From an uncultured Lachnospiraceae bacterium (GTDB taxonomy: Bacteria > Bacillota > Clostridia > Lachnospirales > Lachnospiraceae), in assembly GCA_946620695.1 (NCBI GenBank), contig CAMONU010000006.1, forward strand, positions 17,479 through 81,478: a stretch of DNA of 64,000 nucleotides, written 5' to 3'. A model generated the notes under the pieces. That model was not told the DNA's origin. It saw only the letters and a list, made by a program, of their open reading frames with translations, and searched no databases. Both the position numbers and the translations under genes were made by a program. Numbering within the stretch: position 1 is the stretch's first letter; each line of letters begins with the position of its first letter. Positions 36,124-45,368 of the stretch are shown in pieces.

Positions 36124-37037
36124 ATGTCAGACTGATTACTTCATTCGGATTTTCCGTACTGCGTCTTTCGACTCCTCTGATTTTCGCGGCCCTGTCCGCG
36201 GCGGTCTGCCAGAAGGCCGGCCTGTTCAACATGGCTGCGGAGTCCATGATGCTCTGGGGCGCCCTGATCGGCGTTATTGTCAGCGGAGCCACTCACAGCG
36301 CTCTGGTCGGATTTCTTGCTGCCGTTCTTGCGGGAGCCGTCACAGGCGTACTGATCTGGGTTGCCACGGTAAAGGGAAAGGCAGATCTGATGCTCGCGCA
36401 GATCGCCATCAACCTGGCGTCCTCGGGCGGAACGATTTTCCTGCTCTTTGCGCTGACAGGTGAGAAATCCAATTCCGCTGTTGCCATCAAGTCGCTGGCA
36501 CTGCCGAAGATTGCGATTCCGGGGCTGAAATCGATTCCGGTAATCGGACCGATCCTTTCCGGCCACAATATCCTGACCTACGGAGCGGTGCTCGCCGCGA
36601 TTCTCCTGAGCATCTTTATCCGCAGGACCAAGACCGGCCTTCATATCCGTGCGGTCGGTGAAAATCCGCACGCGGCGGAATCTGTCGGTATCTCCGTGTC
36701 GAAGATCTATCTTCTGGCCTGGATCCTGTCCGGCATTCTGGGCGGCATCGGAGGAGCTTTCATGTCCATGGGCTACCTGACCTCCTTTACCAAGGACATG
36801 GTTGCCGGACGAGGCTACATCGGCCTTTCAGCATCCTCGATGGTAGGCGGGGCTCCGCTCGGGTCCATGCTCTGCGCACTGATTTTCGGTGTCGCGGACG
36901 CCGTCTCCAACCAGCTGCAGCTGACCAATGCGCCGGCCGACCTGGTGCTGATGCTTCCCTATATCGTAACAATCGTGGTTCTGGTTGTGATCTCCGTGAT
37001 CAATTACAACCGCGCCACGCACAAGTCGAAGGCATAA
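36120..37037 (+). CDS. Nucleoside ABC transporter permease
   Basis: TPLIFAAL, RAVGENPHAA, AGRGYI, MLPY motifs. Confidence 0.9.
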   Translation: MNVRLITSFGFSVLRLSTPLIFAALSAAVCQKAGLFNMAAESMMLWGALIGVIVSGATHSALVGFLAAVLAGAVTGVLIWVATVKGKADLMLAQIAINLASSGGTIFLLFALTGEKSNSAVAIKSLALPKIAIPGLKSIPVIGPILSGHNILTYGAVLAAILLSIFIRRTKTGLHIRAVGENPHAAESVGISVSKIYLLAWILSGILGGIGGAFMSMGYLTSFTKDMVAGRGYIGLSASSMVGGAPLGSMLCALIFGVADAVSNQLQLTNAPADLVLMLPYIVTIVVLVVISVINYNRATHKSKA

Positions 37038-37042
37038 AAATG

Positions 37043-37073
37043 CGGGGTTCCCTCATCCGGGAACCCCGTTTTT
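37043..37073. terminator. Bidirectional terminator between the permease and deoD
   Basis: AAAAA-CGGGGTTCCC / GGGAACCCCG-TTTTT. Confidence 0.8.
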
Positions 37074-37110
37074 GAGCGATAAAGCCCGAAAGTAGCTGCC
37101 ATGCCTGCAT

Positions 37111-37821
37111 TTATTCTGCGGCCACAGCCGTCTCAAGCGCGACCGTCATCATGTTTGTGAAGGAAGTCTGGCGGTCATAGGCTGACATGGCCTCGCCGGT
37201 TACCAGGGAATCGGAGACGGTGAACATGCTCAGGGCTTTTGCTCCGCCCGCGGCCGCGTTGCAGTAAAGCGCGTAGCTTTCCATCTCGCTGGCCAGGACG
37301 CCCATCTTTGCCCAGGCTTTATCCGGGTTATCTTCACGGTAGAAGACATCGGTACAGGAGACGTTGCCGACCGCATAGCGGTATCCGTGCCGGTCAGCGG
37401 CTTCCTTTGCCATGATCAGAAGACCGAAGTCCGCAATGGCGCTGTAGGTGCCCGGAAGATTGTACTGGCTCGCGTAGTTGCTGTCCGTGCAGGCGCCCTG
37501 GGCCATCACGATGTCGCCCAGCTTCAGCTCCGGCTGAAGCGCTCCGCAGGAACCGATCCTGATCAGGTTTTTGACATCGTAGAAATGAATCAGCTCATAG
37601 GAGTAGATGCCGATGGAGGGGATCCCCATACCGGTAGCCATGACCGATACTTTGACGCCCTGGTAATCGCCGGTAAAGCCGAGAATGTTGCGGACCGAGT
37701 TGAACTGGACCGGATTCTCAAGGAAATTCTCTGCGATGAATTTTGCCCTCAGGGGATCGCCGGGGAGAAGTACGGTTTTTGCGATATCGCCTTTTTCAGC
37801 GCTGTTATGTGGTGTAGCCAT
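37111..37821 (-). CDS. deoD: Purine nucleoside phosphorylase (DeoD type)
   Basis: MATPHN, LPGDPLRAK, GMGIPSIGIY, RIGSCG, EMES, TVSD motifs. Confidence 0.96.
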   Translation of the reverse strand: MATPHNSAEKGDIAKTVLLPGDPLRAKFIAENFLENPVQFNSVRNILGFTGDYQGVKVSVMATGMGIPSIGIYSYELIHFYDVKNLIRIGSCGALQPELKLGDIVMAQGACTDSNYASQYNLPGTYSAIADFGLLIMAKEAADRHGYRYAVGNVSCTDVFYREDNPDKAWAKMGVLASEMESYALYCNAAAGGAKALSMFTVSDSLVTGEAMSAYDRQTSFTNMMTVALETAVAAE

Positions 37822-38108
37822 AAGAAGTTCCTCCTCTTTTGATAATAGATGATTTGCCTGTCAGAACAGAATCTAATCTGATCTGACTCAATTTCAAAAT
37901 GGCCGAGAACAGTAACTGTTAAGTCCATAGTATAGTGAAAATGACTTTTTTGCAAGGACTTTGGCAAATACAGTTATGCATCATGCCTGAAAAAGCAGCC
38001 GGGAGCAAGGACCTTTTCCTTCCTGATCCATAGAATTTCTTCCCGCCGCGGGGCAGCTGCGGCAGCCGGATCTGCTTCTGAGGCCGGAAAGTCTTCCCTG
38101 TTTTTTTC

Positions 38109-38137
38109 TTGACACTGGAATAACGGGATGCTATCGT
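38109..38137 (+). promoter_or_regulatory. Sigma-A type promoter for the phn operon
   Basis: TTGACA-17 bp-TATCGT with TGn extension. Confidence 0.6.
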
Positions 38138-38238
38138 TTAATTGTCTTTTTTCTTAACTGCCCTTCAGAGGGCTGTCTTGTGTCCGGGAGCGTCGGAAGC
38201 CCCCGGCCATATCATCCAAAATCCACAGGAGGATCAAC

Positions 38239-39324
38239 ATGAAATTCAAACAGTTCAGTGCCCTGATGGTTGCCGCAGCTCTTGCGGCTGGAAGCCTTAC
38301 CGCAACTGCGTTCGCGGCTGAGAGACCGGCTCCTGCCGAGAGCGGATCGAAAGAGATCGATACCCTTGCGCTTCAGTTTGTTCCGTCCAGAGATCCGGAA
38401 GAGATCATCTCCGGAACCAGCGACCTTCCGGAACTCCTGATCGCAGCTATGGCTGACAAGGGATATACGATCGGCAATGTTGAGATTACCGTATCCGATT
38501 CCTATGAAGCGGCAGGCGAAGCACTGGCAGCAGGCGCGATCGACGTCGCATGGCTTCCGGGCGGAACCTATGCCCTGTATTCTGATGAGACAGATGTTGT
38601 TCTTACCGCAACCAGAAACGGCCTTTCCAACGACAGCGAGACACCGGCTGACTGGAACGGCGAGGCAAACGCTACGAAGAAGGACGGCCCGCAGGTTACT
38701 TTCTACCGCGCCCTGATCTATGCTACCCCGTCTGAGTACGGCAAGGAGCTTGCCGCGAAAGTGAACGCGGGCGAAGAGCTTACCTGGGAAGACCTTGATG
38801 CCGCTCAGTGGGCAGTCATGAACGTCTCCAGCTCTGCCGGATATATCTATCCGACTCTGTGGCTGATGGACAAGTATGACGGCAAGATGATCACCGACCT
38901 GTCCAACGTTACCACACTTGACGGCTATGCATCCGCTTTCAACCAGGCAGCTTCCGAGGCAGTCGACGTGATCGTCTGCTATGCTGACGGCCGCAACGAC
39001 TATGAAGAGTCCTGGAGCATCCCGGCAGATGAGACCGATTCTACCGGAAAGCAGGGTCTCGGCCGTGAGGACGTAATCTGGAACGAACTGAACGTTATCG
39101 GCGTTACTGACAAGATTTATAACGACACCGTAGCCATTACCATGGCAGACCCGGATGTATACAACTCCGAGTTCATCAAGGATTTCCAGGATGCCATCAT
39201 CGAGATCGCCGGAACAGAGGAAGGCCAGGCCATCTTCGGGATCTATTCCCACACCGGATACGCGGCTGCTCAGGATTCTGATTATGACGTGGCACGCGAG
39301 GCGCTTACCGTTGTCGAGAACTGA
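38239..39324 (+). CDS. phnD: Phosphate/phosphonate ABC transporter binding protein
   Basis: FVPSRD, SYEAAGEAL, SSSAGYIYP, IYNDT motifs; signal peptide. Confidence 0.88.
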   Translation: MKFKQFSALMVAAALAAGSLTATAFAAERPAPAESGSKEIDTLALQFVPSRDPEEIISGTSDLPELLIAAMADKGYTIGNVEITVSDSYEAAGEALAAGAIDVAWLPGGTYALYSDETDVVLTATRNGLSNDSETPADWNGEANATKKDGPQVTFYRALIYATPSEYGKELAAKVNAGEELTWEDLDAAQWAVMNVSSSAGYIYPTLWLMDKYDGKMITDLSNVTTLDGYASAFNQAASEAVDVIVCYADGRNDYEESWSIPADETDSTGKQGLGREDVIWNELNVIGVTDKIYNDTVAITMADPDVYNSEFIKDFQDAIIEIAGTEEGQAIFGIYSHTGYAAAQDSDYDVAREALTVVEN

Positions 39325-39504
39325 TTGCTGATGCATCAGCCTGAGGCGGCGCCGGCAGGTCTGTTTTATGAAGAGCGGGAGAGTGCCGGTCTGTCCGATC
39401 GCTGCTCCCGGCTGAATCTCTGACTGCAATGCGCTCAGAGCCGCGCGCGGCGCGGACTTCGAATGCCGGTGCGTCCCCGGAGAATATCTCAGAGAACAAT
39501 CATG

Positions 39505-39547
39505 GGAGCCGGACGAATTCCATAGGGAATTTCGTCCGGCTTCTTTT
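39505..39547 (+). terminator. Stem-loop between phnD and phnC (partial terminator or mRNA stabiliser)
   Basis: GGAGCCGGACGAATTCC / GGAATTTCGTCCGGCTTC followed by TTTT. Confidence 0.6.
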
Positions 39548-39566
39548 ACGCAGGGGAACAGTCATT

Positions 39567-40385
39567 ATGATTGAATTCAAAGATGTATCGAAAACTTACC
39601 CGAACGGGACAAAAGGCCTTCAGCATGTGAATCTGACCATCGATCAGGGAGAGTTTGTGGCGATCATAGGCCTCTCCGGAGCCGGAAAGTCCACGCTGAT
39701 CCGGACCATCAACCGCATGATTGATATCACGGAAGGACACCTGATCGTGGACGGAACCGACGTCATGACCCTCAAGGGAAAGGAACTGCGCCGCTTCCGC
39801 CGCAAGATCGGCATGATCTTCCAGTCATTCAATCTGATCTCCAGATCCTCCGTTATCAATAATGTCCTGACTTCCAATGTACCGGACATGCCCTGGTATA
39901 AGGTTCTGTTCGGAATCTATTCCAGAGAACAGAAGATGAAGGCGCTGGAAGCCCTCGACAAGGTCAACATTCTGGAGAAGGCATACAACCGCTGCGATGA
40001 GCTGTCCGGCGGACAGATGCAGCGTGTCGCCCTGGCCCGGACCCTGGACCAGAGTCCGTCCATCATCCTTGCGGATGAGCCGGTCGCGTCCCTGGACCCG
40101 ATTATGGCGGACGTGGTCATGAGCGACTTCAGGCGTATCAATGAGGAGATGAACATCACGATTCTCCTGAACATCCATCACGTCGACCTGGCGCTGAAGT
40201 ATGCCACGCGCGTAATCGGCGTGCGGGCCGGAGAGATCGTTTACGACGGACCGAGCAGCCAGGTTACCAAGGATGTGCTGAATCAGGTCTATAACGGTCA
40301 GACCGTTCCGACCACGGAGAATGATACGAAACCAGGAAAAGCGGATAACACTGACAGCGCAGGGAAAAAGGAGTTGAGGGCATGA
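39567..40385 (+). CDS. phnC: Phosphonate ABC transporter ATP-binding protein
   Basis: GLSGAGKS, LSGGQMQRV, ADEPVASLDP; start at ATG 39567 (MIEFKDVSKTY). Confidence 0.95.
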   Translation: MIEFKDVSKTYPNGTKGLQHVNLTIDQGEFVAIIGLSGAGKSTLIRTINRMIDITEGHLIVDGTDVMTLKGKELRRFRRKIGMIFQSFNLISRSSVINNVLTSNVPDMPWYKVLFGIYSREQKMKALEALDKVNILEKAYNRCDELSGGQMQRVALARTLDQSPSIILADEPVASLDPIMADVVMSDFRRINEEMNITILLNIHHVDLALKYATRVIGVRAGEIVYDGPSSQVTKDVLNQVYNGQTVPTTENDTKPGKADNTDSAGKKELRA

Positions 40386-41230
40386 GCACAGCAGGTACGA
40401 CACAGAGGCTGCCGCTGTTTGACCGGATCTTCAGACCCGAGCACATCGTCCTTGAGAACGGGCACAGCATCGACAGACCCAGAAGCCGGATGCCGCTGAT
40501 CCTGATCTGCCTCGCGGCTGTCATCCTCGTCTCCATGAGAGCGACCGGATTCAGCTTTTCGATCCTGATACAGCGCGGCAATCAGCTCACGGTTATTCTC
40601 GGCAAGATTTTTCACCCGGACTGGAGTTACTTCCCGAAGGTGATCTCGCCGCTGATCGAGACCATCAAGATGTCGGTCATCGGCACCGTGGCAGGATGCG
40701 CGATCGGCCTTCCGCTGGCCATCTTTGCCTCATCCAACATTAACAGGAACAAACCGTCCCTGCTTGTGATCCGCTTCATTCTGGCGGTCATGCGTTCCGT
40801 CCCGACCCTGATCTATGCGTCGGTACTGGCGCTGATCTTCAGTCTGGGCGCTTTCGCCGGCTCGGTCGCCATCGTAATCTTCACGGTGGGCATCGTCGCC
40901 AAGATGCTCTATGAGAGCATCGAGACGATCGACATGGGGCCCTTCGAGGCCATGACAAGCTTCGGGTCCAGTACCTTCCAGGCTTTCTGGGCTGCCTGCA
41001 TGCCCCAGATCCTTCCGACCTACCTGGATGACTGCCTGTACTGTTTTGAACTGAATGTGAGGGCCTCCTCCATCCTCGGCTACGTCGGAGCCGGCGGACT
41101 GGGCGTCCTGATCCGCGAACGTACCGGACTGCGCGCCTACGATGATCTGGGCTGCGTCCTCATCACTCTGTTTGTTGTCGTCTGGATCATTGACCTTCTG
41201 AGCGATTACATCCGCTCGAAGCTGACTTAA
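40382..41230 (+). CDS. phnE: Phosphonate ABC transporter permease
   Basis: ETIKMS, RSVPTL, FELNVRASSILGYVGAGGLG. Confidence 0.92.
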   Translation: MSTAGTTQRLPLFDRIFRPEHIVLENGHSIDRPRSRMPLILICLAAVILVSMRATGFSFSILIQRGNQLTVILGKIFHPDWSYFPKVISPLIETIKMSVIGTVAGCAIGLPLAIFASSNINRNKPSLLVIRFILAVMRSVPTLIYASVLALIFSLGAFAGSVAIVIFTVGIVAKMLYESIETIDMGPFEAMTSFGSSTFQAFWAACMPQILPTYLDDCLYCFELNVRASSILGYVGAGGLGVLIRERTGLRAYDDLGCVLITLFVVVWIIDLLSDYIRSKLT

Positions 41231-41240
41231 GGAGGACGGT

Positions 41241-42059
41241 ATGAGCAGAGAAAATGTACTTGAAAAGCTGCAGAGCGAGCCGAAAAATCTCTGGAAGCGC
41301 GTGCTTGTATTTGCGGTCGTCCTGCTTCTGGTAGTCTGGAGCGGGAGTTCGATTTCCTTTAACGGAGTGGCAAAGCAGGGTTCTGTGGTTGCGTCCGGTA
41401 TCGTGAACGGTATCCTGCATCCCAACCTGAAGCTGCTCTTTAACCTGACCACGGACGGAATCCCCTATCTGCTTCTGCAGACCATCGCCATCGCGATTCT
41501 CGGCACCATCTTCGGCGCGATCCTGGCCATACCGGTTTCTTTCCTGGCCAGCACCAACATTGTGCCGCGCCCGGTCGCCATGGTTTTCCGCGCGCTGATT
41601 CTTCTGATCCGTACGATTCCATCCCTGGTATGGGCGCTGGTCTGGATCCGCGTGACGGGCCCGGGAGCCTTCTGCGGCGTTGTAACCCAGTCGATCTGTT
41701 CCATCGGTATGATTTCGAAGATGTATATCACAGCCATCGAGGACCTGAATACGGGAATCCTTGAATCGATGGACGCCTCCGGCTGCAATACCTTCCAGAA
41801 GATCCGCTGCGGCATCCTTCCGCAGCTGTCCGCAAGCTTTGTATCAACCGCGATCTACCGCTTTGACATCAACCTGAAAGACGCCACGACCCTGGGTATC
41901 GTAGGAGCGGGCGGCATCGGTTCGCCGCTTGTGCAGTCCATCACCTACAGCCGCTGGATCAACGTCGGCGCCTTCCTCGTTGCCCTGATCATTCTGGTCG
42001 TCATCATTGAATGGATGTCCACAAAGATCCGCACCAGGCTCGCGACAGGAAAGAGATAA
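41241..42059 (+). CDS. phnE: Phosphonate ABC transporter permease (second copy)
   Basis: RTIPSLVWAL, RFDINLKDATTLGIVGAGGIG. Confidence 0.92.
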   Translation: MSRENVLEKLQSEPKNLWKRVLVFAVVLLLVVWSGSSISFNGVAKQGSVVASGIVNGILHPNLKLLFNLTTDGIPYLLLQTIAIAILGTIFGAILAIPVSFLASTNIVPRPVAMVFRALILLIRTIPSLVWALVWIRVTGPGAFCGVVTQSICSIGMISKMYITAIEDLNTGILESMDASGCNTFQKIRCGILPQLSASFVSTAIYRFDINLKDATTLGIVGAGGIGSPLVQSITYSRWINVGAFLVALIILVVIIEWMSTKIRTRLATGKR

Positions 42060-42077
42060 GACGCGGAAAAAAGAGGG

Positions 42078-42168
42078 GCAGAAGCGAGGAAGAAAGGCCG
42101 AAGCGAAGAAGAGAGACCGAAGCGAAGAAGAGAGACAGCAGCGAAGAAGAAAGACAGAAACGAAGAAG
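42078..42168 (+). repeat. Tandem repeat, 19-bp unit, 5 copies
   Basis: GCGAAGAAGAGAGAC-like units recurring at 42084, 42103, 42122, 42141, 42160. Confidence 0.85.
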
Positions 42169-42266
42169 TATTATACAGGCCGAGGGGCTCCTTCAGGCAG
42201 GCTTAAAGCAGCAGCGGGGGTCCGGAGGCAGAATTCGGAAGACAGATAAAAAAGAGGATAGACAGA

Positions 42267-43952
42267 ATGGGAAAACGGATCAGGATTCTTACAAGCAGTG
42301 ATGTCCACGGCGTACTGTTTCCTTATGAGTATGCAAAGGGCGAAGGCCGCAGCTGGGGCCTTGCGAAGCTTGCCGGCCTGATCCGCTCCCTTCGGGGACC
42401 GGACACGGTTCTCATTGACAATGGCGACACCCTGGAAGGGTCGCCTCTTTCTTTTTACCATTACGCGCAGCGCCCGTCGGAGACAAGCCCCATGACGGCG
42501 GCCATGGCCATGATGCACTATGATTTTGTCAACCTTGGGAACCACGACTTTGACTATGGCCCCGGCGCGCTTTTTCAGCATCTTGAAAAGAGCGGCGCCC
42601 GCTGCCTGTGCGTGAATATTAGTTACCGGGACAGGCCGCTGGGATCCTGCGAGCTTCGCAGGATCTGCGGGAAAAAGCTTGCTTTTTTCGCGGTCTGCAC
42701 CCAGTATGTGCCGAACTGGGAGCCGGCGGATAAGATGGAGGGCTTCGCCTTCAGGGATGCTTTTGAGAGCGCCCGCGAGACGGCAGAGATGATCAGGGAG
42801 AAGGAAGATCCGGATTATCTGATCTGCATCTACCACGGAGGCTTTGAGAAAGATCCTCTCACGGGGGAGATTATATCGGAAACGGATGAAAATGAAGGCT
42901 TCCGCATGCTGACTTCGATTCCTGAGATCGACATTCTCATCACGGGCCACCAGCACAGAAAATATTGCGGAGTTTTCCACAGAGCGGAGGGCAGCGGGCC
43001 GACCGGTGGAGTTTTCCCGGAAGCGAAGAGCGGGGAGATATCCGACGGGAGTGCAGGAGAAGTTCCGGAGGGAAGGGGGGAGAAAGACTGTGCGGGAGCA
43101 GAAAAAAAAGCTTCCGGTACGGTCTTCACACAGACACGGGATAACGGCGTGGAGCTTTCCTGCATCGAGATCGACCCGGAGACGGGAAGGATCTGCGCGC
43201 GGATTCTGCCTGCTGACGCGGAGCCGGATCAGGAACTTCTGCTGGCGGCAGAGGCGGAAGAGAAAGACTGCCAGAGCTGGCTGGACCAGCCGCTTGGACG
43301 GTCGGAGACCGATCTGCGTGTCAGGGACGAATTCGACGGGCGCCTTCACAAGTCCCAGCTGATCACTTTCCTGAACCGGGTTCAGATGGAGATCAGCGGG
43401 GCACAGCTGGCAGGAAGCGCTCTGTTCCAGGGCGCCTGCGGCTTCGGGACAGAGATTACCATGCGGGATCTCGTATCCACTTATTCCTTCCCGAATACCC
43501 TGGCGGTCAAACGGATCTCCGGCAGAGTCCTGAAGGCTTATCTGGAGAAATGCGCGGAATTCTGGGCCCTGGACGGTGGCCGGATCGTTGTGAGCGAACG
43601 CTTCGAAAAGCCGGTTCCCATGTATTTCAATTACGACATGCTGGACGGCGTGCAGTATACGATCGATGTATCCAGACCTGTCGGGAGCAGGATTGTGAGA
43701 CTGGAAACCCTGCCTGTCCCAGGGCAGGAGGGCGGTTTACAGCCGCCCTGCGCGGTTACGGACGATATGGAGTTCACCCTTGCGGTCAACAATTACCGTG
43801 CGTCCGGCGGAGGCGGCTTCGATATGCTCAGGGACGCGCCCACGATCCGCGAGATTCCGGTATCCATGGTGGATCTCCTCGCCGAATATATCATGAAGCA
43901 CCGGGTCATCCGTTTTGAGCCGGTCAGCAATATTCGTGTAACTGCGGGATGA
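42267..43952 (+). CDS. Bifunctional metallophosphatase / 5'-nucleotidase (CpdB-like), no signal peptide
   Basis: SSDVHG, DNGD, GNHDFD, YHGG, GHQH; C-terminal NNYRASGGGGF. Confidence 0.9.
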   Translation: MGKRIRILTSSDVHGVLFPYEYAKGEGRSWGLAKLAGLIRSLRGPDTVLIDNGDTLEGSPLSFYHYAQRPSETSPMTAAMAMMHYDFVNLGNHDFDYGPGALFQHLEKSGARCLCVNISYRDRPLGSCELRRICGKKLAFFAVCTQYVPNWEPADKMEGFAFRDAFESARETAEMIREKEDPDYLICIYHGGFEKDPLTGEIISETDENEGFRMLTSIPEIDILITGHQHRKYCGVFHRAEGSGPTGGVFPEAKSGEISDGSAGEVPEGRGEKDCAGAEKKASGTVFTQTRDNGVELSCIEIDPETGRICARILPADAEPDQELLLAAEAEEKDCQSWLDQPLGRSETDLRVRDEFDGRLHKSQLITFLNRVQMEISGAQLAGSALFQGACGFGTEITMRDLVSTYSFPNTLAVKRISGRVLKAYLEKCAEFWALDGGRIVVSERFEKPVPMYFNYDMLDGVQYTIDVSRPVGSRIVRLETLPVPGQEGGLQPPCAVTDDMEFTLAVNNYRASGGGGFDMLRDAPTIREIPVSMVDLLAEYIMKHRVIRFEPVSNIRVTAG

Positions 43953-44035
43953 CATTCCTTTTTCAGACATCGACGCAGATCCGTGAGGTCAGGCATAAGA
44001 GGAATGCAGAAAACAAACCTTTTACAGGAGAACAG

Positions 44036-45013
44036 ATGATGAAACATACTTTTGACGTAGTACTTCTGACAGCGCTTCCGGCCAGCGGCAAGTCGGAGAT
44101 CCGCAATTTTCTTGCGCATATTGAGCCGGAGCGCCTGATGAAGGAGTTTCATATCGGGGATAATCTCCAGCTGGACGATTTCCCCTATGTGAATTTTATG
44201 AGAAGAATCGACGAGGAACTCAGCCTTCTCTCAGAGGAGCGGGTTTTTTATCCGACCAATGAAGATCCCTTCTTTGACGGCCGGGACTGGGGAACCCTGA
44301 CAGCCCTGCTGTCCGAGGATTACCATGACCTGCTGAATCGTACAAAGGTTCAGGCGGACAGTCCCGCGGAATATCTCTTTGAGCGGATCGACAGGGCGGG
44401 CATGACGGCCGGCATCCGTCCCCGGATGTCCCTTCTGAAGGAAGCGGTCCGGAAAGCGCTGGCGAAGGCACTGGACGCTGAGGCGCAGGAGGTCATAGAC
44501 CTGAAGCAGAAGCAGTATACGGACGATCTGGAAGGAAAGACGATTATAATCGAGTGCGCCAGAGGCGGGCCGGACGGAAGCAGTATGCCGCTGACCGGGA
44601 CGGCAGGCTACCAGTACTATTTCAGCAATCTGGCACCGGACCTTCTGGATCATGCGGTCTGCCTCTACATCAAGGTGACGCCGGAGGAGAGCAGGCGCAA
44701 GAATTTTGCCAGGGCAAACCCGGACGATCCCTCATCCAACCTTTTCCACGGAACACCGCTTCCGGTCATGATGCAGGACTACGGCTGCGATGATATGGAA
44801 TACCTCTGCAGCCAGGCTGAGAAGAAGAATACCGTGACCGTGAATGCCCATGGGAAGACCTGGGACCTTCCGGTCGGGATCTTCGACAACAGTACGGACA
44901 AGACAACCTTCCTGCGCGCCGACGAAAAGGAATGGGATCCCGCGATGGTGCAGGATGTCACGGAGGCGGTCCGCCATGCGACGGATCTCATGTGGGAGAA
45001 TTATATTTCATGA
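44036..45013 (+). CDS. Uncharacterised P-loop NTPase/kinase-like protein
   Basis: VVLLTALPASGKS fits [AG]x4GK[ST]; IIIECARGG possible Walker-B-like strand; AGGAG RBS before ATG 44036. Confidence 0.6.
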   Translation: MMKHTFDVVLLTALPASGKSEIRNFLAHIEPERLMKEFHIGDNLQLDDFPYVNFMRRIDEELSLLSEERVFYPTNEDPFFDGRDWGTLTALLSEDYHDLLNRTKVQADSPAEYLFERIDRAGMTAGIRPRMSLLKEAVRKALAKALDAEAQEVIDLKQKQYTDDLEGKTIIIECARGGPDGSSMPLTGTAGYQYYFSNLAPDLLDHAVCLYIKVTPEESRRKNFARANPDDPSSNLFHGTPLPVMMQDYGCDDMEYLCSQAEKKNTVTVNAHGKTWDLPVGIFDNSTDKTTFLRADEKEWDPAMVQDVTEAVRHATDLMWENYIS

Positions 45014-45160
45014 TTTGAACTGGAATGCGGCGATATCATCGCGACCGGCACTCCGTCCGGAGTGGGTATGGGGTTCCATCCGCCGCGCTATCTGAAGGCG
45101 CGAGACGAGGTGGTCTGTGAGATCTCCGGAATCGGTTCACTCTGCAATCCGGTTATCTAA
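45014..45160 (+). pseudogene. 3' remnant of a fumarylacetoacetate hydrolase (FAH) family gene
   Basis: Translates as FELECGDIIATGTPSGVGMGFHPPRYLKARDEVVCEISGIGSLCNPVI*, the typical FAH C-terminus; no start codon or RBS. Confidence 0.8.
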
Positions 45161-45368
45161 AACTGCATAAAAGAAAGGGACCGCTGCAGGGGATTGCAGG
45201 CCACACGCATATTCCACCTGGCAGCTTTGCTGGCTTAATGGGACAGTAACATTGTGATACTTTTTGTTGAAAGGGCGGTGTTTATTTCCGCTGAAATATG
45301 TTATTCTATACGGGACGAAATAAACGGCCTGTTTCAGTGAGGCTGACTGAGAAAGGGAGATATGCGCT

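Noticed and set aside
37929-37955. deoD promoter TTGCAA...TATACT on the minus strand
   Set aside because: The spacer is only 15 bp, so it was not listed as a feature
38239-43952. Phosphonate catabolism (C-P lyase) locus
   Set aside because: Only transporter genes and a phosphoesterase are present; no phnGHIJKLM, phnX or phnW
45011-45013. Selenocysteine or programmed read-through joining the P-loop gene to the FAH stub
   Set aside because: The position is not a catalytic Cys equivalent, I see no SECIS-like hairpin, and the stub is far too short for a FAH domain; a deletion scar is simpler
45322-45336. ACGGCCTGTTT upstream of eda, and GGCCGTGAAT at 19081, as extra element copies
   Set aside because: Only 10-11 matching bases with no core sequence; could be chance or very old remnants
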